From an uncultured Pelagibacteraceae bacterium (GTDB lineage Bacteria; Pseudomonadota; Alphaproteobacteria; Pelagibacterales; Pelagibacteraceae): DNA of 64,000 nt. The first letter of the stretch is position 1; every line of letters begins with the position of its first letter. Of the stretch, positions 1-7,800 are shown piece after piece. The stretch is from assembly GCA_902578115.1 (NCBI GenBank), contig CACHBR010000002.1, positions 59,863 to 123,862 of the forward strand, read 5' to 3'. The translations under genes were made by a program, and so were the position numbers. A model generated the notes under the pieces. The model had not been told where the DNA came from, made no database searches, and worked only from the letters and a program-made list of their open reading frames with translations.

Positions 1-720
1 ATGATTCATACCGACGTCATATAATGTTGCTGCAGAAGCAAAAGTACCTATGTGGCCTCCTAGTTCTGGATTTTTTTTATTAGCCTTTACAACCATGGCA
101 GCTGCATTCCATCTTATGTAAGCTCTAATTTTTCTTTCTAAATTTTGATCTCCAGGCGATCTGATATCTGCACTGGCAGGTATTGTATTTATGTAAGGAG
201 TAGTTCTAGTGTCAGGTAAAGTTAATCCTTGTGTGTATGCTTCATCAATTACTTTTTTAAGTAAGTAACCTGCTCTAGATGAACCATCTGCTTTTACAAC
301 TGCTCGTAAGGAGTCCAGCCATTCTTGTGTTTCTGCAGGATCTATATCATCCTTAGAAATGGGTTGAGCATAAATAGTATCCTTTCCATTTTTTAGACCA
401 TTTGTTTTTTCTATTTTTGGAATTGGTTTTTCTTCAACTTCTATTATTTCTTTTTTTGGTTTGGCAACTTCTTCTTTTTTCTCATTCCCACCATCTAAAG
501 TAGCTATAATACTTCCTTCCGAAACTTTATCTCCTATTTTAACTTTTAGCTGGGATATTTTTCCTTCGTAAGGCGATGGAACCTCAACACTTGACTTGTC
601 ACTTTCTAAAGTAACAATTGGATCATTTTTCTTAATTTGATCTCCAGGTTTTACTAAAACCTCTATAATTTCAACATCCTTAAAATCACCAATATCTGGT
701 ACAGAAATGTTTTTAGACAT
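1..720 (-). CDS. aceE: Pyruvate dehydrogenase E1 component (homodimeric AceE type), 5-prime part only (runs off the window), with an N-terminal lipoyl domain
   Basis: Not in the ORF track because there is no stop in the window. My reverse-complement translation from ATG 720-718 reads MSKNISVPDIGDFKDVEIIEVLVKPGDQIKKNDPIVTLESDKSSVEVPSPYEGKISQLKVKIGDKVSEGSIIATL (lipoyl domain). A K/E/P-rich linker follows, then DPAETQEWLDSLRAVV...PYINTIP...ERKIRAYIRWNAAAMVVKANKKNPELGGHIGTFASAATLYDVGMNH, collinear with the E. coli AceE N-terminus. Confidence 0.8.
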   Translation of the reverse strand, partial: MSKNISVPDIGDFKDVEIIEVLVKPGDQIKKNDPIVTLESDKSSVEVPSPYEGKISQLKVKIGDKVSEGSIIATLDGGNEKKEEVAKPKKEIIEVEEKPIPKIEKTNGLKNGKDTIYAQPISKDDIDPAETQEWLDSLRAVVKADGSSRAGYLLKKVIDEAYTQGLTLPDTRTTPYINTIPASADIRSPGDQNLERKIRAYIRWNAAAMVVKANKKNPELGGHIGTFASAATLYDVGMNH

Positions 721-865
721 TTAATTATTATACACAATTTTTGACACAATTTATCCGCTTTTTTGACACTTAGAATTTGCAATATAATTCATGCAACTTT
801 TAAGACTTATATTTAAAAAAAAGAGAGCAGATGTAAATTCTCAGGTATTAATTCAAAAAATTTTA

Positions 866-1006
866 TTAAGAAAATACCTGGCTAAAACCAATTAGCAATA
901 CTACTAGAATTATAGCACCGTAATAATACTGATAGCCTCTAACAGTAAATGGAATTTTACTTAAAGCTCTATTTTTTATTTTTTTTCTAGGTTTAGATAG
1001 TTTCAT
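866..1006 (-). CDS. Small hypothetical protein (46 aa; basic N-terminus plus one hydrophobic helix)
   Basis: Minus-strand translation is MKLSKPRKKIKNRALSKIPFTVRGYQYYYGAIILVVLLIGFSQVFS. Its ATG overlaps the thiolase TGA as ATGA (1003-1006). A 47-codon open frame is uncommon by chance in DNA this AT-rich. No homology is recognised. Confidence 0.3.
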   Translation of the reverse strand: MKLSKPRKKIKNRALSKIPFTVRGYQYYYGAIILVVLLIGFSQVFS

Positions 1007-2187
1007 TTTCTCTCAATACACATAGCAACGCCCATACCTCCTCCAATACAAAGCGTAGCCAACCCTTTCTTTGAATCTCTTTTTAGCATTTCATGAATAA
1101 GTGTCACGAAAATTCTTGTCCCAGAAGCACCAATAGGGTGTCCTAAAGCAATTGCTCCACCATTAACATTTACTTTTTCCATTGGCAAAGCTAGCTCCTT
1201 AACTACTGCGCAACTTTGTGCAGCAAATGCTTCGTTCGCCTCTATTAAATCTAAATCCTTTGATTGCCATCCAGCAATCTCTAATGCTTTTTTTGAAGAC
1301 GGTATAGGACCTGTTCCCATCACAGAGGGATCAACACCACAAGAAGCCCAAGATTTAATTTCTGCTAAAGGTTTAATACCTTTTTTCTCAGCTTCTTTTT
1401 TTGACATTAAAACTACTGCAGCAGCACCGTCATTTATACCTGAGGCATTTCCTGCGGTAACTGTCCCTTCTTTTTGAAAAGCAGTTTTAAGCCTTTGTAG
1501 TGCCTCCATTGAAATCCCGTCTCTTGGATGCTCATCCTTTTTAAAAACTGCAGTACCTTTTTTAAGTTGAATTGTGTAAGGAACAATTTCATCGTCAAAC
1601 TTATTTTCTTTTTGTGCTTTTAAAGCTTTTGTCTGAGAGTCGAAAGCAAATTTGTCTTGATCTTTTCTTGTAACTTGAAATTTTTGTGCAACATTTTCTG
1701 CTGTTATACCCATATGGTATCCATTGAATGCATCCCATAATCCATCTTTTATCATAGAGTCAACCAAACTAGTGTCCCCAAGTTTTTTTCCGTTTCTTAA
1801 ATGAACTACGTGAGGCGATTGAGACATACTTTCTTGACCTCCCGCTAAAACAATATTTGAACTTCCAGAAAGAATTGAATGATATCCTGATGCAATAGAT
1901 CTTAGACCTGAACCACAAACTTGATTAACAATATATGATGGTGTTTCTTTTGGAATACCTGCATCCATAGCGGCTTGTCTTGCAGGGTTTTGTCCTGCAC
2001 CACCTGTTAAAACTTGGCCCATTATGATTTCGTTTATATCTGAAGCCTTAATATTTGATTTTTTAATAGCGTTTGAAATAGCTGTCGAACCTAGTTTATG
2101 AGCAGAAACATTTTTTAAAGACCCACCTAAATCTCCAATTGCTGTTCTTACAGCAGATGTTATTACAACTCCATTTTCTTTAGACAT
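1003..2187 (-). CDS. Acetyl-CoA C-acetyltransferase (thiolase II)
   Basis: 394 aa. Thiolase signatures are present: VNQVCGSGLRS (nucleophilic Cys), NVNGGAIALGHPIGASG and CIGGGMGVAM. Confidence 0.93.
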   Translation of the reverse strand: MSKENGVVITSAVRTAIGDLGGSLKNVSAHKLGSTAISNAIKKSNIKASDINEIIMGQVLTGGAGQNPARQAAMDAGIPKETPSYIVNQVCGSGLRSIASGYHSILSGSSNIVLAGGQESMSQSPHVVHLRNGKKLGDTSLVDSMIKDGLWDAFNGYHMGITAENVAQKFQVTRKDQDKFAFDSQTKALKAQKENKFDDEIVPYTIQLKKGTAVFKKDEHPRDGISMEALQRLKTAFQKEGTVTAGNASGINDGAAAVVLMSKKEAEKKGIKPLAEIKSWASCGVDPSVMGTGPIPSSKKALEIAGWQSKDLDLIEANEAFAAQSCAVVKELALPMEKVNVNGGAIALGHPIGASGTRIFVTLIHEMLKRDSKKGLATLCIGGGMGVAMCIERK

Positions 2188-2277
2188 AATTTTCTACAAT
2201 TATATTCTTATTCAAAGAATAGCAATAAGCATAAAATCGCTTTATTATAGCTGTTTTCTTTGATATTTTTACTATGT

Positions 2278-2355
2278 GGTCCCATAGCTCAATTGGATTA
2301 GAGCGTCTCGCTACGGACGAGAAGGTTGAGGGTTCAAGTCCTTCTGGGACCTCCA
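2278..2355 (+). tRNA. tRNA-Arg (anticodon ACG), CCA encoded
   Basis: Hand-folded cloverleaf. Acceptor GGTCCCA/TGGGACC. D-arm GCTC-AATTGGATTA-GAGC. Anticodon arm TCTCG-CTACGGA-CGAGA. T-arm GAGGG-TTCAAGT-CCTTC. Discriminator T followed by CCA. Confidence 0.9.
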
Positions 2356-2372
2356 AAATAAGGAGATTTTTT

Positions 2373-2450
2373 ATGTCACTACAAAATTCAGTATTCGTTT
2401 TTTTTATTGTAGTTTTAGCTGTTCTATTTGTACTATCCTTGATTTTATAG
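2373..2450 (+). CDS. Candidate 25-aa hydrophobic micropeptide
   Basis: A perfect AAGGAG (2360-2365) lies 7 nt upstream of the ATG. The peptide is MSLQNSVFVFFIVVLAVLFVLSLIL (one TM-like helix). Its stop overlaps the uppP stop. It is too short for the length alone to be significant. Confidence 0.3.
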   Translation: MSLQNSVFVFFIVVLAVLFVLSLIL

Positions 2451-3209
2451 ATAAACAGTAGCTAGAATAATTGATCCAAGTATTAATCTATATCCAACAA
2501 TGACATTAAAGCTAAAATTCTTTAAGTAGATTAATAAGTATTTGATTGTTAAATAAGAGAAAATGAATGACAAACCTATCGTCATAATTGAGTTGGTATT
2601 TACAATTAAGTCTCCTTCATTAAACATTTTATAAACACCGTATATCGAGCTACCTGCAAGCGCTGGAATTGAAAGTAAAAATGAAATCTTGGCGGCATCT
2701 TCTCTATTAAATTTTAAAAATCTAGCTCCAGTCATTATTATTCCAGATCTGCTTACACCAGGTATAAGAGCTAATACTTGAAAAAACCCAATTAAAATGG
2801 CCTTTTTAAACGTAAATTTATCTTTAATGCTATTTTCAAGGCTTAATTTATCTGAAATAAAAAGTACAATACCAAAAATTATAGTCATCCAACCTATAAG
2901 CTCTAAAGACCTAAATGTATCAATCAAGTTATACTTTAAAATTAAAAATCCAAATCCAAACAATGGAATTGATGCCAAAATTATTTTATAAATTAATTTT
3001 TTATTCTTTCCAAAATTAAAAATATCCTCTTTAAAGAAAAATATTACCGCAAGTAAAGAACCCATGTGAGCATAAACATTTATTAATAATTCATTTTGAA
3101 TACCAAAATATTTTGATATTAAATTTAGGTGAGCCGAAGAGCTAACTGGAAGAAATTCAGTAATACCCTGTGCTATAGATAGGATTAAAATTTGAATAAA
3201 GTTTTCCAT
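2445..3209 (-). CDS. uppP: Undecaprenyl-diphosphate phosphatase
   Basis: 254 aa polytopic protein. It carries the BacA/UppP motifs EFLPVSSSAHL and PGVSRSG. Confidence 0.93.
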   Translation of the reverse strand: MENFIQILILSIAQGITEFLPVSSSAHLNLISKYFGIQNELLINVYAHMGSLLAVIFFFKEDIFNFGKNKKLIYKIILASIPLFGFGFLILKYNLIDTFRSLELIGWMTIIFGIVLFISDKLSLENSIKDKFTFKKAILIGFFQVLALIPGVSRSGIIMTGARFLKFNREDAAKISFLLSIPALAGSSIYGVYKMFNEGDLIVNTNSIMTIGLSFIFSYLTIKYLLIYLKNFSFNVIVGYRLILGSIILATVYL

Positions 3210-3378
3210 TTATTGTGTATTTCCTTATATTTAATTCAACTAGAGAGTTCATTAAAATTACGCATAGCTGATATGCACATATAAAAAACAAGTAAAATAT
3301 GGGTTTTTTGAATTAAAGGTCAATATAACTTACCTAAATAGTCTTTAATTTCTTTAATTTTTATTCTAAAAAACCGTC

Positions 3379-4818
3379 ATGTCAGAAAAAATGTTAAAGT
3401 TTGTAAAAATAGGTCAGCAATCACCACCTAAAAGATCTGCTGATAACAGGAAGAATGACTTTAAAGAAGTCTACGATGAATTTATTAGTAACAAAGCCAA
3501 AGAGCAATCAAGTAGATGCTCGCAATGTGGTGTTCCATTCTGCCAGGTTCATTGTCCTCTTCAAAACAACATACCAGATTGGTTAAAGCTTACCGCGGAG
3601 GGAAGATTAGAAGATGCTTATGAATTATCACAAAGTACAAATAATATGCCTGAGGTTTGTGGAAGAATTTGCCCTCAAGATAGATTATGTGAAGGAAATT
3701 GTGTAATTGAACAGTCTGGACATGGAACAGTAACAATAGGATCGGTTGAGAAATACATTACAGAAACAGCTTGGGAAAAAGGATGGGTCAAACCAATTAA
3801 ATTAAAAAAAGAGAAAAATCAATCAATAGGAATTATCGGAGCTGGTCCAGCAGGATTAGCATGTGCTGAACAGCTTAGAAAATCTGGGTTCAAAATCACA
3901 ATTTACGATCGATATGACAGACCTGGTGGATTATTAATATATGGAATTCCAAACTTTAAACTTGAAAAATTTGTAGTTGAACGAAGAACTAAACTTTTAA
4001 AAGATTCAGGGATTAAATTTAAACATAACTTCGAGGTTGGTAGAGACGCAACTTTAGAAGAATTAAAATCAAAACATGATGCAATACTAATTGCTACCGG
4101 CGTATATAAAGCGAGAGATGTTGATATAGAGGGAAAAAATCTAAAAAATATTTTTCCAGCGATGGATTTTCTTACTGCTTCAAATCGAAAAGGTTTAGGA
4201 GATAAAGTTAAATTATTTGATGATGGTACTTTAAATGCAGAAAATAAAAATATTGTTGTTATCGGCGGTGGTGATACCGCGATGGATTGTGTGAGAACCG
4301 CTATAAGACAAAAAGCTAAATCTGTGAAATGTTTATACAGAAGAGATAGGGAGAATATGCCTGGCTCAGCAAGAGAAGTAAGTAACGCCATAGAGGAAGG
4401 AATTGATTTTCTTTGGCTATCTAATCCAAACAGATTTATCGGTAAAGATAATGTGGAAGCTGTTGAAGTAACAAAAATGGAATTAGGTGAAGCAGACTCC
4501 TCAGGTAGAAGAAAACCTGTTCCAATTAAAAATTCTGAATATAAAGTTGATGCTGACATTGTAATTAAAGCACTTGGTTTCGATCCTGAAGATGTACCTA
4601 AGCTTTTCGGCTCTGAAGATTTATCAGTTTCTAAATGGGGAACTATAAAAATCGACCTTAAAACTATGCAAACTAATTTGCCAGGAGTCTTTGCGGCTGG
4701 AGATATAGTAAGAGGGGCTTCGCTAGTCGTTTGGGCAATTAGAGATGGTAGAGATGCAGCTGCAGAGATTGAAAAATATCTAAATTCACAAGTAATAAAA
4801 AAAACGGAAGCAGCATGA
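3379..4818 (+). CDS. gltD: Glutamate synthase (NADPH) small subunit
   Basis: 479 aa. Cys clusters are present (CSQCGVPFCQVHCP; CGRICPQDRLCEGNC), plus two dinucleotide folds (GAGPAGLA, GGGDTAMD). It overlaps gltB by ATGA at 4815. Confidence 0.93.
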   Translation: MSEKMLKFVKIGQQSPPKRSADNRKNDFKEVYDEFISNKAKEQSSRCSQCGVPFCQVHCPLQNNIPDWLKLTAEGRLEDAYELSQSTNNMPEVCGRICPQDRLCEGNCVIEQSGHGTVTIGSVEKYITETAWEKGWVKPIKLKKEKNQSIGIIGAGPAGLACAEQLRKSGFKITIYDRYDRPGGLLIYGIPNFKLEKFVVERRTKLLKDSGIKFKHNFEVGRDATLEELKSKHDAILIATGVYKARDVDIEGKNLKNIFPAMDFLTASNRKGLGDKVKLFDDGTLNAENKNIVVIGGGDTAMDCVRTAIRQKAKSVKCLYRRDRENMPGSAREVSNAIEEGIDFLWLSNPNRFIGKDNVEAVEVTKMELGEADSSGRRKPVPIKNSEYKVDADIVIKALGFDPEDVPKLFGSEDLSVSKWGTIKIDLKTMQTNLPGVFAAGDIVRGASLVVWAIRDGRDAAAEIEKYLNSQVIKKTEAA

Positions 4819-7800
4819 AGTTATATAAAAAGAACAGAGAAATATTACAAAAAAACTTTTCTTATTCTACAAACATGGAGCATGATGCATGCGGAGTAGG
4901 TCTAATAGCTTCTCTTGATGGTAAAAAAAGTCGGAAAGTTGTTGAGTATGGTATTGAGGCTTTGAAAGCAGTATGGCACCGGGGAGCAGTTGATGCCGAT
5001 GGGAAATCCGGAGATGGAGCAGGTATTAGCTTTGAAATTCCGAAAGATTTTTTTCAAGAAAAAATAGAGGATACAGGTCACAAACATACAGAGGGTGATA
5101 TTTGTGTTGGAATGATTTTTTTACCAAGAACAGACTATTCATCTCAAGAACGTAGCAAAGCATTAGTAGAAAGAAATTTATTAGAAAACGATTTTTATAT
5201 ATATGGTTGGAGACAAGTTCCAGTAAATTCAGATGTTTTAGGAAAAACAGCTGATTCAAACCGTCCAGAAATTACTCAAATTATTTTTAAGTCCAATAAG
5301 AAAAAAGAAAGAAATGAATTAGAAAGATCACTTTATGTAGTTAGAAAAAAAATTCTTAAACAGACTAGAAATGAGCAAATTAACGATTTTTATATATGTT
5401 CCTTGAGTTCAAGATCGATTGTTTATAAAGGCATGTTTTTGGCTGAAGCCTTGTCGGATTTTTATCCAGATTTAAAGGACAAAAGATTTATTTCTAGATT
5501 TTCGATTTTCCACCAAAGATTTTCAACAAATACATTTCCAAGTTGGAAATTAGCTCAACCCTTCAGATCATTGGCTCACAATGGAGAAATTAATACCTTA
5601 AAAGGAAATATAAATTGGATGAAAATTCATGAACAGGATATGTCGAGTGAACTCTTCAAAAATGTAGAGGATTTAAAACCTGTTATAACTCCCGGCAATT
5701 CAGACTCTGCAGCTTTAGACAATGTTTTTGAATTACTTATTCATTCTGGAAAATCAGTTCCACTTATCAAATTAATGATGATGCCAGATGCGTGGTCTAA
5801 GAGAAGTAAAATTTTACCAAAAGCGCATCAGCAACTCTTTGATGTTTTAAACAGCACCATCGAACCATGGGATGGACCAGCTGCAATTTGTGCAACTGAC
5901 AGTAAATGGGCAATAGCAGCAACAGACAGAAACGGATTAAGACCTTTAAGATATTCGATTACGTCGGACAATTTATTATTTGCAGGTTCTGAAACAGGAA
6001 TGGTTTCTATTCCAGAAGAGAATATTATAGAAAAAGGAAGGCTAGGACCTGGTCAACTAATTGCTGTTGATCTAAAAGCAGGTAAAATTTTTAAGGATAA
6101 GGATATAAAAGATTATTTAGCTAAAGATTTTACAAAGTTTCATAAGCAAGTTGTGCACTTTGATAAAAAACTTGGTACAAAAAATGAGTTCCCAAATTTT
6201 CAAAACGAGGAACTAAGACAAAGACAATTTATTTCTGGATACAGCATAGAGGATTTAGAGCTTATTCTTCATCCAATGGCAGAAGAAGCAAAAGAAGCTA
6301 CTGGTTCAATGGGAGACGATACACCTGTTGCTGTATTATCAAACCATTATAGACCAATTACGCATTATTTTAGACAGAACTTCAGCCAGGTAACAAATCC
6401 ACCAATAGACTCTTTAAGAGAAAACAAAGTTATGAGCCTTAAAACAAGATTTGGAAATTTAGGCAACATTTTAGATTTTGACAATTTTACAAAAGAAAAT
6501 ATTTACGTTTTAGACAGCCCTATTTTAACAAACTCAGAATTTAAAAAATTTAAAAGCCATTTTTCCACTAAAATAAAAATTATCGATTGCACATTTGATG
6601 TAAGTAAATCTCTAAAAGATAGGTTGGAAGAAATAAGATCAGAAGCTGAAATTTCAGTTAGAGAGGGTATAAATCATCTTATACTTTCAGATCAAAAAAT
6701 ATCCGAAAAAAAAGCGATTGTACCAATGGTTTTGGCGGTAGGAGCCGTTCATTCAAATTTAGTCAAACATGGACTACGAGGTTATTCATCAATAAATGTT
6801 CAAACCGCAGAAGCTATGGATACACATTCATTTGCTGTTCTGCTTGGAGTAGGAGCAACAACTATAAATCCTTACCTTGCTATAGATAGTATTTACCAAA
6901 GATATACAAAGAAATTATTTGGAAAGTTAGACTTTAATGCTTGTGTAGATAGATTTAAAAAATCCATTAATAATGGTTTGTTAAAAATCATGTCAAAAAT
7001 GGGAATTTCTGTATTAAGCTCCTACAGAGGTGGATGTAATTTCGAAGCCGTGGGCTTAAGCAGAGCTATTGTTGCAGATTATTTTCCAGGAATGTTTTCT
7101 AGAATTTCAGGTATTGGGGTATCGGGCATAGAAAATAAAATAAAAGAACTTCACAAAAAAGCTTATCAAAAAAATGTTACAGTTCTGCCAATTGGTGGTT
7201 TATATAAATATCGGAAATCTGGTGAAGACCATCAATTACAAGGAAGTCTTATACATCTTTTACAACATGCTGTAGGAGTTAAGTCTTACGAACAATATAA
7301 AAAATATTCAGCAGGTATTCATAATTTAACACCAATAAATTTAAGAGATCTCCTAGAATTCAAGAAGAAAAATAATCCAGTAAATATTGATGAGGTAGAA
7401 CCGGTCACAGAGATAATGAAAAGATTTGGAAGTGGAAGCATGTCTCATGGCGCATTATCAGAAGAAGCACACGAAACTTTAGCAATTGGAATGAATAGAA
7501 TTAAGGGGGCTTCCTGCAGCGGTGAAGGTGGTGAGGACTCAAGAAGATTTAAGGTACTTGAGAATGGTGATTCAGCAAATTCTAAAGTTAAACAAGTTGC
7601 ATCTGCAAGATTTGGTGTGACAATAGAATATTTAAATAATTGTAGCGAAATCGAAATCAAAATAGCACAGGGTGCTAAACCAGGAGAAGGAGGACAGCTT
7701 CCAGGATTTAAAGTCACAAAAGATATTGCAAGATTAAGACACTCGACAAAAGGTGTAACATTAATTTCTCCTCCACCTCATCATGATATTTATTCTATAG

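Noticed and set aside
741-788. Two perfect TTGACA hexamers (741-746, 763-768) and a TATAAT (783-788) on the plus strand, read as a sigma-70 promoter.
   Set aside because: The spacings to the TATAAT are 36 and 14 nt, so neither is functional. No plus-strand gene lies downstream, only the antisense of the thiolase operon. I reinterpreted them as a direct repeat on the aceE upstream side.
3903-4559. A 218-aa ORF antisense to gltD. Similar antisense or off-frame ORFs lie inside gltB (4902-5087, 5026-5259, 7445-7717), pheS (14461-14766), pheT (17216-17413), lepA (18428-18697), lysK (27204-27503, 27531-27902) and other genes.
   Set aside because: Each lies entirely within a confidently identified, motif-rich gene on the other strand or frame. 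Their sequences are low in complexity and rich in S, L, F and I, with no recognisable motif. They are typical shadow ORFs.
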